Of a stretch of DNA of 64,000 nucleotides, positions 44,201 to 56,200 are shown piece after piece. The DNA is from Podarcis bocagei. Lineage: Eukaryota. Under the pieces are notes generated by a model. That model was not told the origin of the DNA. It made no database searches and saw only the letters and a list, made by a program, of their open reading frames with translations. The stretch lies in NCBI GenBank assembly GCA_964188305.1, contig OZ076901.1. One strand, given 5' to 3'. Within the stretch, counting starts at the first letter, position 1, and every line of letters starts with the position of its first letter. The position numbers and the translations under genes are program-made.

Positions 44201-45737
44201 CACTTTCTTAGTTGTTAAACGTTTTGGGGTCTCAAGGCTGCAGCAGCAAGTTTAAAAGGGCTTGCCATGATTTTTACATTAAGTGGAGCAGCTGCTCCTG
44301 TGCTGCATTTTGCAAGAGGAGCTGTGTGACTTGTTGCCATGGAGAATAAAAGGCAGGACTACACTGCTTAGCTCTTTTTCCTTATTATTTATTGAATTTC
44401 ACAAAAAACAAACAGACAGACTGACAAAAACCTTTAACATAGACCATATATTAAGGTATATTATCAATTGACTTTTCATCCTCCCCTTCTATGGTTTCCA
44501 CATTTACCCTTGAATGCTGCATATTTCACATATACTATCCAATACAGTCATACCTTGGAAGTCAAACGGAATCTGAAGTCCGTTCAACTTCCAAAACATT
44601 CAGAAACCAAAGTGTGACTTCTGATTGGCTACAGGAAGTTCCTGCAGCCAGTCAGAAGCCGCGCTGGACTTTCGGCTTCTGAAAATCGTTCGGAAACCGG
44701 AACACTCACTTCTGGTTTTTGATCGTTTGGGAGCCGAAACGTACGAGTTCCAAGGCATTTGGCAACCAAGGTACGACTGTACATCCATGTTAACCTATTT
44801 ATCTTAATAATGAACGCTGTTGCTCATATTTCAAGTCCTGCTCGCGTTTTCATCTCACTATAGGTAGTTCTTCAAATACTTAGTTCTAACCCCAAGATAC
44901 AGGGGGACTGGGCTCTCCTTCGGAAGTTGGCTCCGCCTGTCTTACCCTGGGAGTGTTATCCATGCTTGTGTCAGAAGCCCTCTTCAGGTGTCCTATTAGT
45001 ACGTAGAATATTACTGGTGGGGGGGCATGGGGATGGGAGTGCTAGCTCTGCCCCCCTCATTTTCATTCCTGTTGCCCTCCTCCAAGTTGGAGGCCAATTG
45101 TCTGAAGCTCTGAGCTTCTTGTACTTGTTGAGGCTCCCTGTGTACTTTTAAACTCGAAGTCAGGGTTCTAAAATGCATTGGAGAGTTTCCTTGAGTACAG
45201 GAGGCTCCCCGCTTTGCAAGGTCAGCATCCAGCATGCGGAGGACCCACAGGAACGGCGGTGAGAGGGGCAGAGCTGGCAAACTTATCTCACAAACTTTCC
45301 ATGTGTGATAGTTCTGCAGCACACATTTCCCTGTGTGTTTTGGACTACAGTTCCCATCAGCCCCCATCATCACACAGCGGTTATGCTGGCTAGGACTAAG
45401 GAGAGTTATCCTGCAAAACATGCAGAGGGCACCCGGTTTGGGAAAGCTGTTCTGCTTGAAGGCAGAAGGCCAACACATTGGCTCCAGAGCAACCTCTCTC
45501 TCCTATCACCTGCCCTTCTCTTGTGCAGAACTACCAGGAAGCCCTGCGTTACATTGGGAAGCTGCCCTTTGAGCAGGCCGAGAGCAACATGAAGCGGTAC
45601 GGCAAGATCCTCATGCATCATGTCCCGAATGAGACCACTGAGCTCCTGAAGGTCCTGTGCACAAACTACCAGCCGGTGGGGGATCGTGAGGGTCCTGGAG
45701 CACTGGAAGGGAGGAAGGTATCGGCTGGATTCGGGGT

Positions 45738-45783
<46 letters not shown>

Positions 45784-48700
45784 TTGCTGCCCGTTGCTTG
45801 TGCAGCTGAGGGTGGTGCTCACCAAGGAGAGCAGGGGGATGAGGAGTAATAGGCATTAAGTGAACAAAATGCTAAGTGTAAAATACAGTCTGGGCAAGCA
45901 GGCTCAGTAGTGATAGCCTGCAGGGTATTGTGGGGGACAAACAGAGTCATAGAACTGTAGAGTTGGAAGGGACCATTGTCCAACCCCTGTTGCCCAAAGT
46001 GGGGTTCAAACCCACAACCCTGAGATTAAGAGCCTCATGCTCTACTGACTGAACTGGTTGGAAGGCAGGAATGTTGAACAACCTCTGGGAGGCAGCAAAG
46101 GGCTCAGACCTGTGTGGCTTGCAGACTTTTTGCTTGTCTGGTTGCTGTTCAGATAAGCCATTCTTCCCCATACAAACACACACACACATACCTCATACCG
46201 GGTTTATTGTAATAGCACTTGCTGATACTTGCTGTGTTCTGAGCACTGGCCAGTCTTTGCTAGGCTCCTTGTAGGGCAGGTGTGGGGAGTCACTGACCCT
46301 CCAGTTGTTGCTGAACTACATCTCCCATCATCTCTGACCATTTGCTTGCTGGGGCTGGTGGGAGTTCTAGTTCAGCGACGTCTGGAGAGCCAAAGGTTCC
46401 CCACATGTGTTGTGGGGGGAGCTCTGGGACATTTGGGGCTGCAGAAGGCTCTGCCAGGAGAACTGAGACACAGAATGTTCCATCTAAGCTCTTCTCTCCT
46501 TGTAATATAGGCAAATCCTGATGAGTTCATTCCCATTTTTGCCAACAACTCCCGGGAGCTGAAGGCCTTCCTAGAGCACATGTCAGAAGTGCAGCCAGAC
46601 TCTCCACAGGGCGTGTATGACACGCTGCTGGAGCTCCGCCTCCAGAACTGGGCGCATGAGCAGGATCCACAGGTCAGTCCTCCCTCCGCTTGGGGTCAAA
46701 TTTCTAGTTGTGCCCAGGGGAGGTTGACTGGTGGGAGCCATTGGCAGCAAGGTCTTGGGTGACCTGACCGGGAAAATCCAGTTGGCAAGAGAGAAAAGCT
46801 CAATTCATGGGGCTCTGGTTCAAGGTGCCTGTGACACAGGTGGCTAACCCATCTTTTGGCCTGAGTGCCACATTGAACCTTGGTCAACCTTCACAGGGGG
46901 CAAGGAACTGCATTCCAACGGTGGGTGCTCACCAGATACTATCACATACTGTTGCCTGCACACACAAACACAGCTGATCTATGCAGAAAACTGCGAAGTG
47001 GAGATTATCTTTTCCTCTCTGTACACCAAATGACCAGTTGGATGACCAGGAACAGGACAGTTTGCACCCACACAAACATCTAATTAGGGCCCACCCACCA
47101 CACAGCAGTATGTCTGTTTCATTATTATTTTCTGCCAAAGTTGGAGGGTTATTGGGGCAGTGCCAGAACAGTTGCTTGGAGGTGTGTGTCTGGATCAGAC
47201 TCTTGAAATGAAGCGTAGCCACCCCTGTCCCTTGACCATCCCCTAGTTCTTGATACTGGGGTTATCCGGCAAAGCAGAATAGTGGGAGATTCAGGGCAGA
47301 GAAACGGGAAGATGGGACAGAAAATACGGAATCTACTCCCACGTGATTTAGTGATGATCACCAACTTGAATGGCTTCAAAAAAGGATTAGACACATTCAC
47401 GGAGGGCAATGCTATTATTCCTGATGGTTGCATGCTCTCTCCAGAATCGGTGGGCAAGAGCAGGAAAGTGCTTCTGTTGCATTTAGCTCTCCTTGCATTA
47501 TGGCATCTGGTTGGCCACTGTAAGAACAAGATACTGGACTGGATGGGCCTCCTTTGGCCTGATCCGTTTGCTGCAGAGCTCTGCTTATTAACTTGATGTT
47601 TTCTTGGCTTTGGGCTCCGTGTAGGTCAAAGAGAGGCTGCACAACGAAGCCATTTCCTTGCTGAAGAGTGGGAAGTTTCGGAGCGTCTTTGATAAGGCTT
47701 TGGTCCTGTGCCAGATGCACAACTTCAAGGATGGTGTCCTGTACCTCTACGAACAGGGCAAGCTGTGAGTCTAGAGGCGCCAGCAGCCTCCTACTCTTTG
47801 CGGGAGGGTTGGAAGAGGGTTTCTGGAGCTTTTTGGAGAGCATCAGGTGGGCTCAAGGGCATTATATTTGGTCTCCTGGTGGAAAGAGCCCTCTTCTCCC
47901 TTCCCTCCCCAGTTTCCAGCAGATCATGCACTACCACATGCAGAACGAGCAGTACAAGAAGGTGGTGGAAGTCTGTGAGCTGTACGGAGACCAGGAGGCC
48001 TGCCTTTGGGAACAAGCCCTCGGCTACTTTGCCCACAAGGAGGAGGACTGCAAAGAGTACATCACAGCTGTGCTCAAGCACATTGAGACCAAGAATCTCA
48101 TGCCGCCCCTGCTGGGTGAGAGAGGTTCCACTTCCAGGCAGGGGGTGGGGGTGGCTGAGGCTGTCTCCTTGAGAGGCTTGACCTTGGGAAGCTTCTGGGG
48201 TGGATGGAGCTGGGAATTGAAACCAGTCTCTCAAGCAAAAGAGCTGCTAGTTAAATCCAGGGCTCCCTTCAGCCTCTCCCTTTATGAGAATGACCTGCCT
48301 TCCAAGACCCTATGGAGGCCAGATGCTGCTCTTACTCTTGACGCCAGTGATGCTTTTGGCTGAAGGTTTATTTGTTTTTCTGATCCACCCTTTATCAATG
48401 GGTAACAAATTTAAATTGCCCTCTTTTTCTGTGGCAATCACACAGGGTCCCCGGATGTTTCACCGTCTGTTGATCCCTGTGCCACCACCCAGGCCCTATC
48501 TAGGACAATACTGAGTCCAGTCAGGTTAAATTGAAACATAAACTTTTGTTTATTTATTGCAGTTTAACAAGTGTGTGGTTTCATAAACAGTATCCGTCAA
48601 TTACATTCATGGGGTGCCTATCCAGACCTATAACTTTCGCTACCTGCTCTCACTCACTAAACCCCCTCTCAGATATTTACTTGTCTGCCTAGCCCCTAAC

Positions 48701-50575
48701 AGTTCCTGACTCAGCCTATTTCGCTACACTAACTCAACCTGCCCACAACTCTAGCCCAATTCACTCCCACTCCAACCAACCACCCAACCACTCCCCAAGA
48801 ACTCTCCCCTTTGTCCCTCCTAGAGCTGGTTTTATAGTCCCACTGACTCCACCCCCCTGGGTCCTGACTGGGCAACCTGTTTAACTATTTCACCTCCAGC
48901 ACTCTCTCATATGTTAACATCACAATGCTGCTCTTACGCTTGATGCTAGTGATGCTTTTGGCTGAAGGTTTATTTGTTTTTCTGATCCACCCTTTATCAA
49001 TGGATAACATTTAAATTGCCCTCTGCTGTCTGAATCTTGACCTTTAAAGGGTCTGAAGTGTTGTGGAATGGGACAGAGAATGGTGAAGGGCCCCTCCCTT
49101 GTGGTTTGAAGGGACAATGTAGATTTGTGCTCACCCAGGTGTAATATAAATTGCCCCACTCCCTCTACTTCCCTGTGCTGATGGATTGCCCCCTCTGTCC
49201 AGTTGTGCAGACTCTGGCTCATAACTCCACAGCCACCCTGTCTGTCATCAAGGATTACCTGGTCAGCAAGCTGCAGAAGCAGAGCCGCCAGATTGAGCAG
49301 GACGAGCAGAGGATTCAGAAGTACCGGGAGGAGACTAAGCGGATCCGCAAGGAGATCGAGGAGCTCAAAAGCAGGTAGCCGCAGTCTATGTTGCTGGGCC
49401 TGTCTGACCTCCATAAGACGCGGCCTCCAGAGGGAGCAAGACATCACCACATGCCACTTTCCTGCCTTCTGCCCATTGTGCTCTGTTTGGTGGTGCAGTG
49501 TGATGTACATGTCCAGGTGGTTCCTTGGAAGGGATTGAGATGGATCGGGAAGGGACTCCAAAGGAGACTTCATTCATCTGCCAATCTTCCAGAGTACAGC
49601 TGCTCTTTACTTACAGCTGCTGTAGCAATCCTGGAATCCAGGGCAGGGGAGAAGCTTGATGCTCAAGTGCAATGTGGGCATCATAGGAATGTGTTGCTGT
49701 TACTTCTGCGCATGTCCCTGAAAACCATCTCTCTTCCTTGCCCTTCCCTTGTGTGTTTCCTTTTCTCAGTCCCAAGATCTTCCAGAAGACCAAGTGCAGC
49801 ATTTGCACCAGTGCCTTGGAGCTGCCCTCAGTTCACTTTCTGTGTGGCCACTCCTTCCACCAGCACTGCTTTGAGAGCTACTCGGAGAGTGGGTCGGAGT
49901 GTCCCACCTGCTTGCCAGAGAACCGCAAAGTCATGGACATGATCCGCGCTCAAGAGCAGAAGCGGGACTTGCATGACCAGTTCCAGCACCAGGTGGGGCT
50001 CCCTGGCTGCCTAGCTGGATTTCCAGTCTGGTTTATTATGACACTTTATATCCAACTGGTGGGGAGTGCCTGGCCCTGCCTGGGATTTTTTTTTTGGGGG
50101 GGGGGAAATACTGTGTTGTTTTAAATGCGTAGTGTAATTTGTGTTTGAACCCATAACTCTGGATGTTGGGTGAAGACATGCCAAAGTCATGTTTCGGTCC
50201 ACCATCTTGGTTCAAAATGGCGTCTGTGCCCAAACAGCAACGAAGTCTATTGCCCCACCACTGGAACCATCATGCTGAGTTTGACAATGATATCTCAAGA
50301 GGTGGCCGAACATATAGAGGCAAACCATTTGCCAAAATGTATAGTAAATGATAGAATCTCCCACCCCAAACACCCCCAAAAGTGAAGCTTTTGTTTGTTC
50401 CATCTTACAGATGAAATGCTCCAATGACAGCTTTTCTGTGGTTGCGGATTATTTTGGCCGAGGCGTTTTCAACAAGCTCACCCTCATCACAGACCTTCCT
50501 CCAGGCAAATCTGCTGCAGTACTCGATGCGGGCTTGCAGCGTGAGCTGCTGATACACACAAAACGGAGCACTTAG
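38248..50575 (+). CDS. VPS11: Vacuolar protein sorting 11 (HOPS/CORVET core subunit, C-terminal RING), 923 aa, 16 exons
   Basis: join(38248-38383,39064-39212,39950-40085,40326-40489,40613-40860,41557-41758,42304-42455,43136-43322,43766-43909,45529-45717,46511-46672,47625-47764,47913-48115,49203-49374,49770-49992,50411-50575) = 2772 nt. Protein runs MAAYLQWRRFAFFD..., RING CSICTSALELPSVHFLCGHSFHQHC...CPTC, ...LLIHTKRST*. Confidence 0.96.
38384..39063 (+). other. VPS11: U12-type AT-AC intron (VPS11 intron 1)
   Basis: 5' splice site ATATCCTTG, branch point TCCTTAAC 10 nt before the intron end, terminal AC. Splicing restores ...SLVFG-D-MEGQIW. Confidence 0.93.
39451..39694. mobile_element. Tc1/mariner-type MITE
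   Basis: TA|CAGTCATACCTC ... GAGGTACCACTG|TA. Confidence 0.8.
41759..42303 (+). other. VPS11: GC-AG intron (VPS11 intron 6)
   Basis: GAG|GCAAGG donor is needed to join ...DTQTKLE to MLFRKNLFEMA in frame. No suitable GT donor at this position. Confidence 0.85.
44545..44779. mobile_element. Tc1/mariner-type MITE
   Basis: TA|CAGTCATACCTTGG ... CCAAGGTACGACTG|TA. Confidence 0.85.
45739..45780. repeat. (GT)21 microsatellite
   Basis: Directly visible, 21 nt downstream of the end of VPS11 exon 10. Confidence 0.95.
45947..46058 (-). mobile_element. tRNA-Lys(CTT)-derived SINE with CR1-type tail
   Basis: Reverse complement reads CAGTTCAGTCAGTAGAGCATGAGGCTCTTAATCTCAGGGTTGTGGGTTTGAACCCCACTTTGGGC, followed by ...CCCTTCCAACTCTACAGTTCTATGA. 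Confidence 0.8.
47335..47570 (+). mobile_element. CR1 LINE 3' fragment
   Basis: Translates to LPRDLVMITNLNGFKKGLDTF, the CR1 ORF2 end, followed by 3'UTR-like sequence. Confidence 0.7.
48323..49024 (+). repeat. ~100-bp direct duplication (48323-48424 and 48925-49024) flanking the LTR-like insert
   Basis: The two copies differ by 4 substitutions and a 2-nt indel. Confidence 0.9.
48430..48924 (-). mobile_element. Solo-LTR-like insertion
   Basis: 495 bp with TG...CA termini. The minus strand has CTATAAAA (~48837-48830) followed downstream by AATAAA (~48558-48553). Confidence 0.55.
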
Positions 50576-51723
50576 ATGGCAGTGGGTGGGTGTCCTTCAG
50601 TCCCCTGACCTTGGCTCTCCGAACGAGTGATGCAATCAGCTTCTCTTTCTAGTGCACTGTGACCCAAAAGAGGGTAGGATTTGACTGAAGACCAGGAGGG
50701 CTGCGTAACTGGCTTAGGAAACAGAGTGAGAGAGACCAAAGGAACTCTGGCTTGTTTATTATTGTTATTATTATTATTATTTTACCTGACTACAGCCAGG
50801 CCTGCTTCTCCAAGCCTTACAGCCTGCTGGTTAAGTCTCCTGGTAAAAAGTCTGGTGCTTCAGCATTAGCAGTGGGCTCCTGTACGACTGTGTGATGAAA
50901 ACGAGCTCTCCGCTCCAACTTTTTCCTGGTGCCTCTTGTGTTCCAAGCTCTGTATGAGGAGGATCTCTAGTAAGCCTGTGTTGCCCTCATCAATTATACA
51001 GCGTGGAACTAAACTGACTGGATTCTGGAACTGGAAGAGTTATTTTCCTGGGGAGGTGGATTGAAGATGTAAATAATGTTCAGCACTAACATCTCTGTAA
51101 CCCTTCACTTAATAGCGGTTTACTTGCTTGAGCTATAAAGTGTGTGAATGTGGGTGAAGAGAACTATGGGTCTTCCTGTATATGTATGTATACTCTTGCT
51201 TCCTTTCTGAACAACTGCTTCTCTCTCCCTCCCGCCTTCCCAATTCTTTGGTATTTCTGTGAGAGCCCAGAGGAGCTGCCTCATAGAAAAGGCCCAGTTC
51301 TGTGGCTAATCTTGCTCAGGATTAGATTTCTGGTATAGTTTGTGGGTGGTAGTAGAAGCTGGGCCTGCAGGCAGATGGCTGTTATCTGAGCTGGTTCCTC
51401 CCATCTCCTCTGCTGCAATTAGCTTCCTCCCACCCCGTCACTTCACCTCCTTGGTTCTTGATTTTGCAAGAGCAATTATGCATTGGAACTGTGCTCCAAG
51501 CCACAGGGAGCTTCCTTCCTGCTCCTCCGTCTTTCTTGGGGCACCATCTTCTACCACAGAGGGAGGAATAGTCTTTGAGGCTAGATGCAGGCTTGAGCTT
51601 CCTCCCACAGCTGCCTGCTCTTTTCTCTCTGGAGATAATGAGGAAAATGCAGTTCACCCTAAATGATGAATTGATGTATGTTGGGGCAAAGTACCTTAAT
51701 TTTACATATACCTCGTGGTCTCT

Positions 51724-51771
51724 GAATCTGATGGTGAGTTGCCAGGAATCTGATGGTGAGTTGCCAGGAAT
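51724..51771 (+). repeat. 22-bp tandem duplication
   Basis: GAATCTGATGGTGAGTTGCCAG twice, then GAAT. Confidence 0.9.
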
Positions 51772-52619
51772 GAGACCTTGTGCGTGGCAGTGGATATAGC
51801 ACGTGGCAGCTGTGAAAAAGGACAATTGCCATGCTAGGGATCATTGGGAAATAAACCGAAAAGAAAACTGTTGATATCATAATGCTGCAACACCAATCTA
51901 TGGAAAAAATATTACATTGTTAGAAAAGGGTACCCAAAATGATGGATGGAATGACTGGTTTAGAGAAAAGTTTGGTAAAAGGGGTGAAGGGGTTGGTTGC
52001 TCTCACTTGGTTGGGCTGTTACTGGCATACAGGACGAGGTGGTGTGTGGGCTACAGCAGCAGAGCTGCTCTTACACTATTTATAGTTATGCTGTTTGGGA
52101 GCTGGGGTTCCTAATATGCATCGTTAAACCTCTTCACTTCCATCAGTTGGTCCAGTCCCCTTTTAAATAAAACACATGCCAATTTCCTTGCTGGATCCAA
52201 TCAAGCACTACACTCGTCTACTATCCTGCCAGCTGCACCTGCTAATTAGGCCACCTCCAATAAACTCATTTGCAGCACCATCAGGGATGAACACCAGTCA
52301 GTGGGTCCCCTTTTCAGTATGCAGTGATATACTTCTTATGCACCTGGGGTCTCCATATTACAGGATGAGAAGCCTGAGAGACCTCTCCGTTTAAGGTAGC
52401 GTTCGTTGTCAGCTCATCTTGTAGCAGAGAGTTACACAGGAAGCAGCTATACACCAACCAGACCATTGGCCCTTCTGCCTCATTGGCTGGCTGGCTGGCA
52501 GCGGCTCTCCCAGGCCTTTCAAGCAGCGTTCCCTCAATTTTAGAATAAATCTCGTGACACTTTTGAAGGCGATTTGCAGGTAGTTTGCATAATACTATCT
52601 AGGCCAGCCCCCTTCAAAG

Positions 52620-53250
52620 CCTAACTGGCGTACTCGGGCAAGAGACGCTCCGCTGCCCGTAAAATATGCGGCCGGAGCCACGTGCAGCGCCTCACTGCAA
52701 GTACCGGAGCGCGAAGCGACACAGCGTCGCCCCCGGCTTCGCGTTTCCGAAAAGGGCGTGCGCCGCGTCGACGGCAATTACGGTATAAAGGGGCATCGTG
52801 AGCCACCTCCCATTCATGGAAAGCCGCCTGTGGGAGGAACAGGAAGCCGGAAGTGACGTCCGGGACGGGGAGGCGCATGCGTGGCTCCGCGGAGTGGCGA
52901 TGGAACCGGCAGCGCCTAGTTGACCCAGAGCGGGACCCCCTGCAGCCCTCGCCCCGCCTGCCTGCCGGCCCCCTTCGCTGCTCGGCGCCAGCAGCGGCAT
53001 GACCAGCTCGCCGCCCGCCTCGGTGAGCCTCTCCGCCGCTGCCTTGACCGGCGCTTCGCTCGCTTTGGGGAGGGGGAGGGAGAGAGGGGGCGAAGGGGCG
53101 GGGCTTCCAGGGGCTCAGCCAATGGCGGAGGACGTCACGAGGTGACCTCTATGCATGGTGGTGACCTCACGCTTGTCGCGGGGGTCTTTAATGAGATGCA
53201 AATGAGTTCAGCCCCCGCGGGTGGGCCTGGGGACGGGGGTTGTCTCCGAC
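52620..53250 (+). promoter_or_regulatory. HMBS: HMBS housekeeping CpG-island promoter and exon 1
   Basis: CpG-dense, with an ETS-CRE composite CCGGAAGTGACGTC at 52847-52860, NRF1-like GCGCATGCG and E-box CACGTG. Confidence 0.8.
52900..52923 (+). promoter_or_regulatory. Upstream ORF (MEPAAPS*) in the putative HMBS 5' leader
   Basis: Strong Kozak context GCGATGG, TGA at 52921-52923, same frame as the ATG at 52999. Confidence 0.55.
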
Positions 53251-56200
53251 CATGGCTGCCTATCTGCTACTCTTCCCCACCCCCGACTCTCTCTTTTCCT
53301 ACACTTGTGTGTCCTCCAGTGCTGCTTTTCTTAGGAAGGGGGAATATAGTTGTTAAATGGTAGTGCTAGTTTGATTTTTATGAAACTTGATTTATATACA
53401 CGCACACACAATTTTGTTTATGATAGCAGCAGTAGCAAGAACAACAACAGGGCACTGGCCTCGTTCAAGTGCTCAAAGTGTTTCATGTTAGTATCCCTGT
53501 AATCCGCTTTATATCTGCAGAGAAACATTGGGAGAGGCTGGTGTTTCTCCCAGGGCTATTTTGCCCTTTGCCGGTCAAGGGAGGCAGGTTGCATTTCTAG
53601 AATGTGCTCCTGCCAAAATCAGATGCCTCTTGTTTCTTGCACAACCTTGTGCAACTTGAGCTCTGCCTCTGTGTAGCAAGGCACTCTTGCCTAATCCACA
53701 GGGTGGCTTTGTAGGACACACCTTTGCCCTGTTAGGTAGCACACTGTACAGATACCTCCAGGCAGTTTCTACTAGCAGCCAAGGTGAGCCAGAGTGCGGT
53801 GGCGGCGAAGAGAAGTGTGGGTTTGCTGCTTTCAGGTGCCCTCTTGCATTCCCCTCTGCTATAGGATGCTTCATCAAGCTGTTTTTCTAGTTTCTGCATG
53901 CACACTCACACTTTCACTTGCCCTTTCAAAGTTCCGCTGGGAATACATCCCATAGCCTTCCCATGGGGAGACTGTTATATTAGCTTCCAAACCTGAGACT
54001 TTGCCTGGATTTTGGGCTGTTGGGCCTGAGCCTTTTGGGTGATACTGTATGGTGGACACCTACACAGCTTGCCTGTTTCTGTGTTTTCAGTCCCAGATTC
54101 AAACAAATTCTCTTCTCTCTTCACACTAAGCACCTCTTTCTGTCCCCCTTGGCTGCATAATTGCTCTACAAACATAAACTGCTGCTTTCAGCACCCTGAT
54201 GGTATCTCTCTTTTTCTTCCCTAAAGCTAAGCAGCTAGTGCTCATGGCTGTGTTTGACTGAAGGGAACTGATGATTTGGGGTTGACTTCCAGAAGTCACA
54301 CATGGGGCTTCTGTACCTTGTGACTACCAATCTCTCCTATGAACTATTGATATCTACTGCCCATATTCAGCTCTACTGCCCACCTGTGCCCCATTCCTGT
54401 GTTTTGCCCTATCTCCCTGCATCCCATTTCTTGTCTATGTACTCCTTTCCATGGCCACTATCCTAAGAGGAGCCACATTCTCTTGGGAGATGTCCTACAA
54501 AGTAAATACCAGCCCAGCTTGTGCACTTCCTTGCTACAGAACTATGTGGATGGCACAGATAGCACTGGCCACCATGGGTGGAAGCAAGTTGGTTCTCAGG
54601 ATGATAGCTTCCTGCATTCTGATCCATTGAGATTATAGTTGTTTGCCATGCAGTTTGATTGTATCTCCCCTTCTGCGCCGCCACCCTCCCCTTGCCCTAT
54701 ATTGCAAATAAGTGGTTGAAATGTCCCTTGTTCACTTGTGCAAATGGCCCCTTTGTCAATTGCTTTGCCCTGGGAGATTGTCTTCTGCTGCCTGTCTTTC
54801 CCAGAACAATTTCTTTCTGTGCAAAACCCGGAGAGTTCCTTGCAAGCAGCCCCTGCAGCTGCAGTTCCCTCCAGGCTCAGTTCCTTCCTTCTCCCCACCC
54901 CCCTTGAACACCCTTTCCCCTTCTCTGCCTTATCTCTGCTGCCAGGTTGGGGCTAGTTTGCAAGGAGAGACTCCCTTGATTAGACGCTGACAGAGCAAGG
55001 CAGCAGGTCTTCCTCTCCCCTCTAGCAAAGACATCTTTCTCCTCCTCCTCTTCACTGGGTCCTGGGTTGCAAACCTCATTGAAATGGCAAAGGTGGTGCT
55101 GCAGGACAGTCAGGTAAGAGGTGTATGTCTCTCCAGGCCTCTTTGCGGGTCTGCGGAAATATTTCCAAATCTTAACAGCCATTTTGACAGGTCTGAAGGT
55201 TTTCTGGCCCTGGGTTATTGTCCAGGACTTCATACTTCTCTCCCTGCCTCTCTTACCCACACACATGCATGCAGAATCTTTCTTTTCAGCTGTGTGTGTT
55301 ATGACATATTTAGGGATGAAACTTTACTGCAAGAGACAGACCCTACTGAGGAATACTTCTATCTGCAATTAGGACTCGATAGGCCCTTAACTGATAATGT
55401 TTGTCTTAGTGCTATCTTGTCCTGTGCCCTGTATGGCTCTGCAGGCACCTTTTCCTACAGGGCCCTTGCTAGTTCCATGTGCTGCTTACCTGCATTGCAC
55501 AGCCTGGTCTTTGGGGGACTCTTGGGAAGCAGATGACTCTGCCCCTTGGGGCCAGTTGTGCACTGAATAACCTCCGCTTCTTTCAGGTCTTTGACACGTG
55601 TTCTTTGCCCTGAAGCCTGTCAAGGGTTGCTGGGCTAGGGCTGGTCAGGTCAGGCAATAAAAACGACATTAGTAATAGTTGTTTGTGGTTGTGCCAACAA
55701 TATTATGGTGCTTTACAGCACAACAAAGGGAAAGGCGGGCCCCTGCCCAGAGAAGCGTAGAATTTTAGATCTGACACAAGGGAGGCAGGCAAGAGGGATG
55801 GGTATCTAATTGCACATTGCTCAGCTATCCTTTAGGGCTGTTCCTTTTAATGCAGCAAACATTGCAGGAGGTGTCTGCCCAGGTAAGTTCCAGTGTGGGG
55901 CTTCCTGGGATGCCTTCTGTGTCCACTTCCATGGCTGAACTGTACCACCCTGCTTGGCAGCCCCTTTGTGAGGAAAGGCTTGGCTGGTGCAAGCTTCCTC
56001 TTGATGTAGGGTTTTGCGGGGAGATTGTGGAAATGCCACCATAATAACCCTCCCTCTTTGGAGTAATTGGAGACATTTCTTCACAGGAGAAGAATGGCTT
56101 GAAGAAAGAGACTATCCGCGTGGGAACAAGGAAAAGCCAGGTGAGGTTCTTGTCATTACCGTTCTCTTGCCTGCCTGCTTCTTTTCTCTCTCTGCTTTTC

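Noticed and set aside
45985-46058. tRNA-Lys(CTT) gene
   Set aside because: Acceptor stem and T-loop are mutated and a CR1-type tail follows, so it is a SINE head.
48344-48384. Duplicated C/D-box snoRNA (AGTGATGC...CTGA...CTGA)
   Set aside because: Imperfect C box, only about 40 nt and no terminal stem. Better explained as a flanking duplication.
52921-52923. Selenocysteine codon in an extended HMBS N-terminus
   Set aside because: No SECIS can be assessed because the 3' UTR is outside the window, and HMBS is not a known selenoprotein.
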